From assembly GCA_963780895.1 (NCBI GenBank), contig CAWAEG010000011.1, forward strand, positions 37,024 through 101,023: 64,000 bases of DNA, given 5' to 3'. A program made the translations under genes and the position numbers. The notes beneath the pieces are model-generated. The model had not been told where the DNA came from. It ran no database searches and saw nothing but the letters and a program-made list of their open reading frames with translations. This document shows positions 20,614 to 29,402 of the stretch, piece after piece. Source of the DNA: an uncultured Acidobacteriota bacterium. Lineage in GTDB: Bacteria > Acidobacteriota > Vicinamibacteria > Vicinamibacterales > SCN-69-37. Numbering within the stretch: the stretch's first letter is position 1; each line of letters opens with the position of its first letter.

Positions 20614-20640
20614 TTAGACGAAGCTCGTTTGAAAAAGTTT
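20614..20640 (-). promoter_or_regulatory. ECF/RpoE-like promoter
   Basis: The minus strand reads AAACTT-N16-TCTAA, compared with the RpoE/AlgU-type consensus GAACTT-N16-TCTRA. Confidence 0.6.
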
Positions 20641-20646
20641 GCGGTG

Positions 20647-21099
20647 CTATTTCGTTAACCGGGTTTTAACAAGTTCGCTCACGGTGCGTCCGTCAACGGT
20701 CAGTCCCATCAACTTTGCCATCACGGCCTTCATCACTTTGCCCATGTCCTTGGGACCGCTGGCCCCGGTTTCCGTCACGGCTGCCTCGATCGCCTGGTTG
20801 ATCGCCGCGTCGTCGGCGGCCGGCGGCAGGTACCGTTCGAGAAACACAACTTCCGCCTGTTCGCGATCGACCAGATCCTGACGTCCACCTGCGCGGAACT
20901 GTTCAATCGAGTCACGCCGCTGCTTGACGAGCGCCATCACGACCTGCGTGGACTCGGCGTCGTCCGGGGCGCGTCCCTTTTCGACTTCCTTGTTCATCAG
21001 CGCCGCCTTGAGCATGCGCAGCGGCGCCAGCGTCGCCTGATCCTTCCGGCGCATGGCGTCGGCAATGTCTTTGGTGATCTGCTCTAACAGACTCGGCAT
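20647..21099 (-). CDS. GatB/YqeY domain protein
   Basis: KQRRDSIEQF...YLP...KDMGKVM pattern. Confidence 0.93.
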   Translation of the reverse strand: MPSLLEQITKDIADAMRRKDQATLAPLRMLKAALMNKEVEKGRAPDDAESTQVVMALVKQRRDSIEQFRAGGRQDLVDREQAEVVFLERYLPPAADDAAINQAIEAAVTETGASGPKDMGKVMKAVMAKLMGLTVDGRTVSELVKTRLTK

Positions 21100-22289
21100 C
21101 AATCACCCTTACCCTTTGACTGTGACCTTCCCTCTGGTCTTTGGCCTGTGCCCTTTGCCCTTTGATATACGGCACTATACGCGCTCTCGACAGCGGCCGG
21201 CCCGAACCGTCGGTTTACCAACTCGATCGAGGACGGGCTGGCGCGCTGAGGCTGCTGGAGAGCCTCCACAATAGCGCGCGCCAGCAGGTCGGTGTTGCCC
21301 CGCGGCACCACCAGCACGTCGTCGCCGAACAGCTCGTTGAGCTCGACGCCGCCCGGATGGTCGGCCGAGACGACGGGCGTTCCCGATGCCAGCGCCTCGA
21401 CGGCGACCGTCGGCAGCGCTTCGAGGAGCGACGGCAGCACGAACAGATCGGCGACCGCGGCGTGGCGCGCCACCTCATCGTTCGAGATCAGACCGGTAAA
21501 CGTCACACGTGACTCGATGCCCGCGTCTCGTGCCTGCCGCTCGAGATCCTGGCGCAGCGGACCCGTGCCGCAGATCACCAGCCGGACGTCCTCGCGGCCT
21601 CTCGTGGCCCGCGCGAACGCGTCGATCAGGAACTTCTGGCCGGCGAGCTCGTGCAGGCGCTTCACGTTCAGCACCACCAGCGGCTCGCGGATGCCGAGGG
21701 CGGCGCGCCAGGCTTGACGTGTCGCCTCGTCGCGCGGCTGGAAGGCGGGCCCGACCGCGGGATAGATGACCGACAGGCCGGGACGATCGAGACCCAGCTC
21801 CTTCGCCCGGGCCAGCAGTCGTGCGCTGTAGAAAATGACTTCGCTCGCGCTTCGAAAGGCGCGCGTGAACGGGTCAATCGGCCAGCGCGGCCGGTAATGC
21901 CAGATCTCGGTGCCGTAGAGCGTGAGCACGAACGGCCGTTGGCGGTGACGAGCCCATGCCGCGGCCACCTCGACGATGAGTCCGTTGCTGTGAAGGTGAA
22001 GGACGTCCGCGTCGTGTGCCGTCGCGTCGAGCGCCGCGCTGATGGCTTTCGAGTGACGCCACGCATCGATCCGCAGCACGCCTCCGAGGCCCCACGCCCG
22101 GTTGCGCCGCGGCAGCCGCTTGACCTGCCCGGGCAAATCGTCCGACGCGGCCCGGCCCTGCGCCGGTTCGAGCGAGAGGAATCTCACCTGGTCTCCGCGA
22201 GCGGCCGCCCAACGGCCGAGCTCGGCGGGCAGCAGCGCGTTTGCCCCCTGGTCCGGCGGGAGATGAGGGGTGACGTGGCAAATCTTCAT
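21099..22289 (-). CDS. GT4 glycosyltransferase
   Basis: FVLPSLLEALPTVAVEALASGTPVV. Confidence 0.9.
   Translation of the reverse strand: MKICHVTPHLPPDQGANALLPAELGRWAAARGDQVRFLSLEPAQGRAASDDLPGQVKRLPRRNRAWGLGGVLRIDAWRHSKAISAALDATAHDADVLHLHSNGLIVEVAAAWARHRQRPFVLTLYGTEIWHYRPRWPIDPFTRAFRSASEVIFYSARLLARAKELGLDRPGLSVIYPAVGPAFQPRDEATRQAWRAALGIREPLVVLNVKRLHELAGQKFLIDAFARATRGREDVRLVICGTGPLRQDLERQARDAGIESRVTFTGLISNDEVARHAAVADLFVLPSLLEALPTVAVEALASGTPVVSADHPGGVELNELFGDDVLVVPRGNTDLLARAIVEALQQPQRASPSSIELVNRRFGPAAVESAYSAVYQRAKGTGQRPEGRSQSKGKGD
21106..21165. repeat. Degenerate 6-7-mer array (CCTTTG-like) inside the GT4 3' end
   Basis: cctttga ctgtga ... cctgtgc cctttgc cctttga; encodes the tail KGTGQRPEGRSQSKGKGD. 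Confidence 0.6.
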
Positions 22290-23257
22290 GGCCGCGAGTA
22301 CGTCCGGCGGAATTCGGCGAACGTCTGTGGCTCGACCCGAAGCTCGCGCGAGGCGTACTCGAAGAAGCGGCCGAGCCGGTCGAAAAAGCCGTTCAGCTCC
22401 GACTCGGTTCGGTTATAGGGACTGCCGCCGACGATCGCCTCACTCGAGTGAAAGAGAAGATTCAGCATCGGCGCGCCGCGATCGACGATCTGCCTGGCGA
22501 GCGCCATCATGTCTTCGGCCGAGCTGTACGACGGGCGCAGCCATCGCACGTGCGCGATCCTGAGCAGCCGAAGGATTCGCCGCGTCGTGTAGGGAGACGG
22601 CGCGCGGCCGTACAGACGTTCGAGCCAGCCGGGCACCCGCCGGCTGAGTGCGGCCGAGATCGGCAATTCGAGCAGGCCGCTCGATCCCGATTTCGTCGCG
22701 TCGTCGTACGCCAGGTAGTAGGGCGTCAGCGGCGCGCCGACGAAGTCCGGTCCGCCCTTGTGCTTTTCGTAGAAGAGCGGCGCGACGCTCGATTCGATCA
22801 GATAACCGGCGCGCTCGAGCGAGGAGACGTGCCTCGCCGAAAAACCGAACCGTCCGGACCGGTATGACACCGGCCGTTGTCCAACGGCCGCGTCGATCGC
22901 GTCAGTCAGGATGAGCAGCTGTTTGTCGAAACGTTCGAGCGGCAGCGACGACGCGTAGGGGTGTCGATCGAGGTCGTTCTGATCGAACGGCGGCGTTTCC
23001 CACGCGTGATGATGGGCCCCGATCTCGCAGTCGCCGCGCGCCAGGAGCGTTCGCAGCGTCTCGCCAGATCTTTCATCGCTCGCGACCGGATAGGTGATCA
23101 CGTACGTCGGCCGGACGCCATGACGCGTGAAGAAGTCGTGCAGACGGCCGAGCGCATAGATGTTGTCGAACCGCTGGTGGCGGCGGGCGTCCGCGTCCCA
23201 CTGGTTGTCGCCCTCGGTATCGATGGCGACGAGCAGCGCCGGTTTGCGAGGTGTCAT
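22286..23257 (-). CDS. Polysaccharide deacetylase-like (WalW/NodB-type) protein
   Basis: AIDTEGD, EIGAHHH, SYRSGRFG and LFHSSE. Confidence 0.8.
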   Translation of the reverse strand: MTPRKPALLVAIDTEGDNQWDADARRHQRFDNIYALGRLHDFFTRHGVRPTYVITYPVASDERSGETLRTLLARGDCEIGAHHHAWETPPFDQNDLDRHPYASSLPLERFDKQLLILTDAIDAAVGQRPVSYRSGRFGFSARHVSSLERAGYLIESSVAPLFYEKHKGGPDFVGAPLTPYYLAYDDATKSGSSGLLELPISAALSRRVPGWLERLYGRAPSPYTTRRILRLLRIAHVRWLRPSYSSAEDMMALARQIVDRGAPMLNLLFHSSEAIVGGSPYNRTESELNGFFDRLGRFFEYASRELRVEPQTFAEFRRTYSRP

Positions 23258-24297
23258 CGATCCTGATCCGAGTCGCCGAGCGTCACGTGCCAGCGGTCGC
23301 GCGCTTCATAGAAGCCGCCTGGAACCTCGACCGCGTTCACTTTGGCCACGAACTCCATCGACGACTTCCGCGTGTAGTAGCCGGACTTCCGCAGCAGCTT
23401 GCGGAACCCTTCATGCATGGCGAAGGTCCGAATCTTGTCCGAATCGGCGGCACGCGCCTCGCGATCCACCCACCGAAGCAGCGTCAGGAACCCGGTCGTG
23501 TCGGCCGGATCCGTCAGGAAATCCACGAGCAGCGTCACGCGGTCGCGCGGCTCCTGCCGATGCCGGTACACGACGTACCCGGCGGCTTCCCCTTCGCGTT
23601 CGAGGACCGCGATCGAATACCGAACGTGCGGCGCCTGGATGTATTTCCAATTCAGGTACGGCGCATCGCGGCGGATGGCGAAGCTGAAGCGGCCGCCGAT
23701 CCGCTCCCAGAGGCGGGTGAAACGCTCGTCGAAGTGGCGAATGGTGCGCACCTCGCCCTGCAGCGGCCGGGTGCGTGACACGAGCTTGATCCACGGCAGC
23801 GTGACGTACGACACGAGCTTGTTGATCGCGAGCGGCCAGTTCGGCTGCCGCAGCGCGCGGCGGCTGAGCGGCTTGACGAGGCACGGCACCGGTCCCACGT
23901 CGGGCCAGCGCATCTTCTGGAACAGCCGGTACGACGAATCGGACAACCCGAGTCCGAGCGATGCGCCGGTGTGTCGATCCCACGTTCGGAACAGCGCGTC
24001 GCCCAACCCCTGGCGCTGACGCTCCGGCGCGACCATGACGTCCATTCCCCAGGAGCCGTTGACTTCGTGGCCGTTGACTGCCAGACGCACGGGCATCGTC
24101 CCGTACTGGCCGATGATGGTCAGCCCCTCACGCGCGAGCCAGATCATCGGACCGTCCGACGGCGCGTTCGGATTGCGGTGGTACTGCCATTCCCATCGCA
24201 GCCGGTTCGCGTCGGCCATATCCGGACCGAACACGCGCCTGTACAGCGCCTCGACCTGGCGGCGGTCCTCCGGTTTATAGCGGTCGATTTCAGCCAC
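23254..24297 (-). CDS. GNAT-family acyltransferase
   Basis: DVMVAPERQRQGLG acyl-CoA motif. GTG 24297 has GGAGGT 7 nt upstream; alternative in-frame ATG at 24318. Confidence 0.8.
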   Translation of the reverse strand: MAEIDRYKPEDRRQVEALYRRVFGPDMADANRLRWEWQYHRNPNAPSDGPMIWLAREGLTIIGQYGTMPVRLAVNGHEVNGSWGMDVMVAPERQRQGLGDALFRTWDRHTGASLGLGLSDSSYRLFQKMRWPDVGPVPCLVKPLSRRALRQPNWPLAINKLVSYVTLPWIKLVSRTRPLQGEVRTIRHFDERFTRLWERIGGRFSFAIRRDAPYLNWKYIQAPHVRYSIAVLEREGEAAGYVVYRHRQEPRDRVTLLVDFLTDPADTTGFLTLLRWVDREARAADSDKIRTFAMHEGFRKLLRKSGYYTRKSSMEFVAKVNAVEVPGGFYEARDRWHVTLGDSDQDR

Positions 24298-24356
24298 TGA
24301 AATGACCTCCGAGGTCATTTTTCAAGATTCGTAAAATGACCTCGGAGGTCATTTCA
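24298..24356. repeat. Palindrome doublet ATGACCTCnGAGGTCAT (copy 3)
   Basis: Perfect 24-bp IR at 24298-24321 and 24333-24356. Confidence 0.9.
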
Positions 24357-25188
24357 CCGGCTCCAGCACGTATTCGATATTACTGATCAGCACGTCCTGG
24401 GTCAGGGCGCTGTCGCGCAGCCAGCGTCCGATGGCCGCGGGCAGCCGGCGGACCGTTCCGGTGACGTGCAGCTCTTCACGGAGCACGCGCAAACCGGCCT
24501 GCGCGATCTGCCCGCGCAGCCGTTCGACGCGGACCTTTTCGAGCAGATCGTCCTCCTTGGCGATGCCGCGCTGGGCGTCGCGGATGAACGAGTTCTCGTG
24601 GGCGGGCTCTTTCAGCGTCCACGGCGCGGATCTCGCGAGCATTCGAAAAATGCGGAACGCGGCGGCGCGGCCAATCAGCAGGTGCAGCGGCACCGGAATC
24701 CGCAAACGCGGCAAATGCGCACCGGCAAACGAGAGATACGGGGCAGTCGAGAGATAACATCGCCCGCCGGTCCTGAGCACGCGACGGCATTCCTGCAGGT
24801 ACAGGCGCGCGTCGGGTACGTGCTCGATGACCGCATGTGACAGCACCAGATCGAACGTCCCTCCGGCAAAGGGGAGCGCCATGCCGTCGGCGAGCGCGAA
24901 GTGCAGATTGGTCGCGCGCCGCTCGCGCCCGAGCGTCACGCCAGCGTTCCGGAACCGATCCAGCGGATCGATCCCCACGACCTGCGAGGCGTGTTCGGCG
25001 AGCGACAGGGGCATGCCGCCGCCGCCACATCCCGCATCGAGGATGCGTCCGCCGATCGTCACGCCGGCGCGCTCGAGAAAGGCGATGACTTTGCCGCTCC
25101 GGTAGTACTCGAACAATGCGTAATCGTATTCGGAGCGAAATCGTCGGTCGGCGTGCGACTTGATCAGGTCGTCTCTAATCTCGCGCAC
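24349..25188 (-). CDS. Class I SAM-dependent methyltransferase
   Basis: ILDAGCGGG, FDLVLSHAVIEH and LRTGG. GTG at 25188. Confidence 0.88.
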   Translation of the reverse strand: MREIRDDLIKSHADRRFRSEYDYALFEYYRSGKVIAFLERAGVTIGGRILDAGCGGGGMPLSLAEHASQVVGIDPLDRFRNAGVTLGRERRATNLHFALADGMALPFAGGTFDLVLSHAVIEHVPDARLYLQECRRVLRTGGRCYLSTAPYLSFAGAHLPRLRIPVPLHLLIGRAAAFRIFRMLARSAPWTLKEPAHENSFIRDAQRGIAKEDDLLEKVRVERLRGQIAQAGLRVLREELHVTGTVRRLPAAIGRWLRDSALTQDVLISNIEYVLEPVK

Positions 25189-26899
25189 TGGGAAATTTGT
25201 TGATGAGGGTGGCGCGATCGAGGGCCGGAGTCTCGTCGATTTCGAAGCTCGCGACCTCTCTTCGGTTCGGGTACCGCTCGAGCAGCTCGATGATGAGCCG
25301 CCCTTCGTGACCGCTTTCGTAGCCCACGCGCGGCAAAGTGTAGGTGAGTATATAGCGCACGTCATCGCGCTGCAGGCGATCGGCGTAGTTGCCAAACCCG
25401 TTGCCGATGAAGATCGGCCGGATCCGGTTTTCGAGCGCCAGCCCGTTTGCCAGCTTGCCGTGGACGAGCGTGCCGGAGTCGACGAGCCGGCCGACTTCAA
25501 TGGATGCCCGGTAGTTGTAATCGCCCGCGCGAGCGGCCCACTGGCCGTACTCGATCAGATTGAACGTGACGGCCACGGCGACGAGCGCGCCCGCGACGGC
25601 GGGCGACACGCGCGCTCGCGAGAACACCGCGTAGATCGGCGACCACCGGACGATCATCGCCAATGTCCACGCGATCGCGATGAACGCCGAGCCTCGAACG
25701 GCCGAGCGGAGGTTTGAGGCCGCGATCTCGTCGAGAAAAAGCATTCGGACGAGGCTGCCGGCGACGATGTACGACAACAGCATGAACACCGGCAGCGCGA
25801 CCCATCGCAGGGCCACGGGTGGCGCGATCGACGGCACCAGCGTCCGGCCGGATCCGGCCAGGAGTGACGCCAGCGCGATGAACGCGGGAACGAACATCAC
25901 GTAGCGGCGCTCGTTCCCCGAATCGTGCGCAATGAGCTCGAGAAAACCCAACACGACCCAGAGCGCCAGCAACCGCTCGCCTGGCTTCGCCGTCCGCCAG
26001 CCGAGCACGATCCCCATGAGCGCGATCGAACCTGCGGCCACGACCAGCCACGTGCGCGTGAACAGACCGTGGACGATCGGCAGCCACGATGCCCGATCGA
26101 CAAACGCGCCAAGCGCATAGGACGGCTTGCGCATGACCGTCATCTGCCAGTTGTAGAACTGGTATTCGGTCCAGTTGGGCAGCACGAACGCGAGTCCGAT
26201 CGCGAAGGCCGACACGCCGATACCCGCGAGCGTCCACAGGGCCGGCCGAGGGTCGGCCTCGGGCATCTCCTGCGACATCCCGGGTTGGGCCCGCGGCCGG
26301 CGCGACAGCCAGAGCGTCCAGAGTGCGTCGAGGACGAGCGCGGCCACGAAAAACGCGGCCGCCGCCTTGGTAAACCACGCGAGTACCGCAAAGAGCCCGG
26401 CCGCGAAGCCGGCCGCGGGCCGCTTGTGAGCGACCGCATACGCGCCCCAGGCGGCGACGATGAATCCGATCATCGGCGACTCGAGCAGCGCGGCCCGGTT
26501 CCACATCACGAAGACGTAGTTGGTGGCGAGCAGCACGCCGCCGATGAGCGCCACGCGCCGCCCGGCGAGCGCGTGAAGCCCGGCGACGAGCATCACGACC
26601 GCCGCGAGCCCCGTGACGACCGGCGCCACGCGCGCCTGCCACGTCCCGACGCCGAACGCTTCGAACGCGGCGTATTCGAGCGCCGTGAAGACGGGCGCGA
26701 TGAACACCGGATTCCATTCGTCGGTGCGCCAGACGTCCCAGAGCGCGCCGTTCCTCGCGTTGTGGACCCACGCGCCTTCGTCGTGCCACACGATCCCGAC
26801 ACCCTCGGTCGGCGGATCGGCGCGGAGCCACAACGTGCGCAACACGATGCCGGCAAGGAGTGCGATGAGAAGACCCGCGACGAAGGCGCGGCGCGTCAA
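25175..26899 (-). CDS. ArnT/PMT-family (GT-C) membrane glycosyltransferase; start uncertain
   Basis: WHDEG first-loop DE motif, many TM helices, RAALLES and ERRYV. Confidence 0.8.
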   Translation of the reverse strand: MTRRAFVAGLLIALLAGIVLRTLWLRADPPTEGVGIVWHDEGAWVHNARNGALWDVWRTDEWNPVFIAPVFTALEYAAFEAFGVGTWQARVAPVVTGLAAVVMLVAGLHALAGRRVALIGGVLLATNYVFVMWNRAALLESPMIGFIVAAWGAYAVAHKRPAAGFAAGLFAVLAWFTKAAAAFFVAALVLDALWTLWLSRRPRAQPGMSQEMPEADPRPALWTLAGIGVSAFAIGLAFVLPNWTEYQFYNWQMTVMRKPSYALGAFVDRASWLPIVHGLFTRTWLVVAAGSIALMGIVLGWRTAKPGERLLALWVVLGFLELIAHDSGNERRYVMFVPAFIALASLLAGSGRTLVPSIAPPVALRWVALPVFMLLSYIVAGSLVRMLFLDEIAASNLRSAVRGSAFIAIAWTLAMIVRWSPIYAVFSRARVSPAVAGALVAVAVTFNLIEYGQWAARAGDYNYRASIEVGRLVDSGTLVHGKLANGLALENRIRPIFIGNGFGNYADRLQRDDVRYILTYTLPRVGYESGHEGRLIIELLERYPNRREVASFEIDETPALDRATLINKFPSARD

Positions 26900-26915
26900 G
26901 GTCGGAACCGCATGA

Positions 26916-26923
26916 ATTATAGT
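26916..26923. promoter_or_regulatory. Overlapping divergent -10 elements (TATAAT on -, TATAGT on +)
   Basis: ATTATAGT in an approximately 30-bp gap between divergent genes; GTG 26930 is 6 nt downstream of TATAGT. Confidence 0.6.
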
Positions 26924-26929
26924 GCTCGC

Positions 26930-27697
26930 GTGACGTCGCTTCCGCAGGCCGAGGTGACGATCGTCGTGCCCACCTACAATGAACGCGATCGACTGGCCGA
27001 GCTGGTGAATGCGCTCTTCGACGCGTGCGACCAAGCCCGCCTCGCCCTCGAGCTCGTCATCGTGGACGACAACTCACCGGACGGCACCGGCGCGCTGGCC
27101 GACGATCTGGCGCGTACGCGGCGGATGCGCGTGGTGCACCGCGCGGGCAAACTCGGCCTGGGCACTGCCGTCGTCGCCGGTTTCGAGGTCGCGTCGGCGC
27201 CGCTCCTGGGCGTCATCGACGCGGATCTGAGTCACCCGCCGCAACTCGTGCCCAAGCTCGTCGCTGCCCTCCGCGCGGCCAACGCCGACCTTGTCGTCGC
27301 CAGCCGCTACATCTCCGGCGGTTCGACGTTTGGTTGGCCGTGGAGCCGGCGTCTGATGTCGAGGCTCGCGTGCGGGCTGGCAAGGCCGCTCACCCCCATT
27401 CGCGATGCGACCTCCGGGTTCTTCGTGATCCGCAGCGAGTTCGCGCGCGGCGTGGCGATACAGGCGGGCGGATTCAAGATCTGCCTGGAGCTGCTCATGC
27501 GCGGCTGGCCCATCAGCCTGGTGGAGGTGCCGTATCGCTTTGCCGACAGGGAGCAGGGGGAGAGCAAGATGAGCTGGAAGGAGGCCGCACGGTTCTTCGT
27601 CCAGCTGAAGAATCTCTACGTCCTCCGATTGACAGGACCGCGACGGGCGCCTCAGCAGCACCGCGTCTTCACGACAGCGGAAGTCGAACGGCTCTAG
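26930..27697 (+). CDS. Polyprenol-monophosphate glycosyl synthase (DPM1-like GT2)
   Basis: VVPTYNE, DDNSPDGT, DADLSHPP, SRY and GESKM. Confidence 0.9.
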   Translation: MTSLPQAEVTIVVPTYNERDRLAELVNALFDACDQARLALELVIVDDNSPDGTGALADDLARTRRMRVVHRAGKLGLGTAVVAGFEVASAPLLGVIDADLSHPPQLVPKLVAALRAANADLVVASRYISGGSTFGWPWSRRLMSRLACGLARPLTPIRDATSGFFVIRSEFARGVAIQAGGFKICLELLMRGWPISLVEVPYRFADREQGESKMSWKEAARFFVQLKNLYVLRLTGPRRAPQQHRVFTTAEVERL

Positions 27698-27707
27698 CAG
27701 GCCGCTG
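27694..27707 (+). repeat. CTAGCAGGCCGCTG repeat (left arm of the IR pair around wzx)
   Basis: Exact reverse complement of 29389-29402. Confidence 0.65.
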
Positions 27708-27715
27708 GGACTGTC

Positions 27716-29299
27716 TCAGGGTTCGGTCTTCCTGGGTTTGTCGTCGACGTCCGGCGGCCGCTCGAGCTCGGGCGCGGCGGCGACAATCTCCCCGGCCATT
27801 TCGACGGTGCCCCCGGGTTCGGGAGCAGGCAGCGCGCCGCCTGACAGCACGCGACGTCGCAGGTCCTGCAGGATCCGAATCTCGCCAGAATGGAAGAATC
27901 CGCTGGAGTACAGCACCAGGATGAAGCTGCCCGTCGAAATCGCCCCGCGGAGGAGAAGGCCGGCGACGGCTCCCGTCGACGTCGGCACGACCCAGGCCGA
28001 CACGGCATAGCCGGCGAGACCGGCGGCCACGATTCGAAGCAGCCGGCTCCACTCGTAGGGAATCGGGTAGACCTTCAACGAAAACGTCACCGTGACACAC
28101 GCCAGCGTGGCGTAGGCGAGGGCGTTGGCCCACGCGGCGCCGATCACGCCATTCCGGCGGATCAGCACGACATTGGCCGCCAGGCTCACGGTTGCCGCGA
28201 TCGCGGTTGCCACCGGGTATCGCGCCGTCCGCTTCGTGATGATGAGCCCGATCGATCCGATCTGATAGATGCCCTGGAACATCACGCCAAGCGCGATCCA
28301 GGGTGTGACGGCCGCTGCCGCGTGGAAGTCCGGTGCCGTGAAGAGGCGAATGAGGTCTGGCGAGATCGCGCAGAGACCCATGCCGAGCACGACGAGCGCC
28401 GCGACCGCGTAGGTCGAAACGGTGCTGAGGATGCGCTTGGCATCGGGTTCGCGCATCACTCCCAGGTAGAAGGGCGTCCAGGCGAATTCGAACGCGCTCA
28501 GAAAGAGCTTCAGCGCCAGCCCGAAGCTCGCGCCGATTGAGTAAAGACCGACCTCGCTCAGCGTCCAGTAGAAATTCAGGAGATACCGGTCCGCGAGGCT
28601 GATGACCTGATGGGCAAGCGAATGTGGAATCCGTGGGAGCCCGAACCGGAGGGCGTCGCGAATGACCGCATGGCTGAACATGGGTCGAATGAGCGGCGCG
28701 AACCACCGGGCGAGCAGGGCCGTGAAGGCGACCGTCACGATCACGTCGGCGTACACCACGCCTGGGACGCCCCAGCCTGCCCAGACGACCAGGACCAGCC
28801 TCGCCAGGACCGTCGCGGCTGACCGCACGAATGTCAGCGCGATGAACTGTGCGGATCGGTCGGCGATGCGCAGGACGTGGTACGGAAGGAAGAAGAACCC
28901 CGCGACGAACGTGTTCGCGATGACCCAGATGACGAGCCCCGCGAGCCTGGCCGACCCGAGGAGTTGCGCACTCAGCCATCCGGCGAAGACGAGCGAGCCG
29001 GCGACCAGGGCGCCATTGACCGCGAGCAGGAAGAAAAAGACGGTGCTGGCCAGCCGCTGCCGCGCCTGCTGATCGGTGCAGTCGTAGTAGAGCCGCATGA
29101 ACGCGGTGTCGATCCCCCACCTGAACACCACCTTGGCGACGGCTTCGACCGTCAGGAGCATCGTGATGATCCCGTAGTCCTCCTTGGTGAGATAGCGCGT
29201 GTAAACCGGCAGGAGAAGGAGATTCACGAGCGATGTCGCGACATCGCCCATGCCGTAAATCGAAAGACTTCGGACTAGATTCTTGAGGCGCTCGAGCAC
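27716..29299 (-). CDS. Wzx-type oligosaccharide flippase (MOP superfamily)
   Basis: LLLPVYTRYLTKEDYG, RFGLP, DRYLL and VGLYS. GTG at 29299. Confidence 0.88.
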   Translation of the reverse strand: MLERLKNLVRSLSIYGMGDVATSLVNLLLLPVYTRYLTKEDYGIITMLLTVEAVAKVVFRWGIDTAFMRLYYDCTDQQARQRLASTVFFFLLAVNGALVAGSLVFAGWLSAQLLGSARLAGLVIWVIANTFVAGFFFLPYHVLRIADRSAQFIALTFVRSAATVLARLVLVVWAGWGVPGVVYADVIVTVAFTALLARWFAPLIRPMFSHAVIRDALRFGLPRIPHSLAHQVISLADRYLLNFYWTLSEVGLYSIGASFGLALKLFLSAFEFAWTPFYLGVMREPDAKRILSTVSTYAVAALVVLGMGLCAISPDLIRLFTAPDFHAAAAVTPWIALGVMFQGIYQIGSIGLIITKRTARYPVATAIAATVSLAANVVLIRRNGVIGAAWANALAYATLACVTVTFSLKVYPIPYEWSRLLRIVAAGLAGYAVSAWVVPTSTGAVAGLLLRGAISTGSFILVLYSSGFFHSGEIRILQDLRRRVLSGGALPAPEPGGTVEMAGEIVAAAPELERPPDVDDKPRKTEP

Positions 29300-29388
29300 G
29301 CGGCGTAAGGCTACTGCGACACGGTCCGGTCTTGCACGCCGCAACGTTCAGTCATGGACGATCGGCCCCGAGGCTGCGGCTGGGTTTT

Positions 29389-29402
29389 CAGCGGCCTGCT
29401 AG
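29389..29402 (-). repeat. CTAGCAGGCCGCTG(AAAA) repeat (right arm)
   Basis: ttttcagcggcctgctag; contains the radical SAM gene stop codon. Confidence 0.65.

Noticed and set aside
20572..20658. Plus-strand micro-ORFs after GGAGG (MRGSLRAFH; MDERLFACL...)
   Set aside because: Terminator polarity and the promoter both point to the minus strand. The SD-like text is better explained as the complement of the sRNA seed.
15682..24356. Palindromic repeats as a CRISPR array or a transcription-factor operator
   Set aside because: There is no regular repeat-spacer array and no cas gene. The sites sit at gene 3' ends within operons as inverted doublets, which fits REP-like units better. An operator role is not fully excluded.
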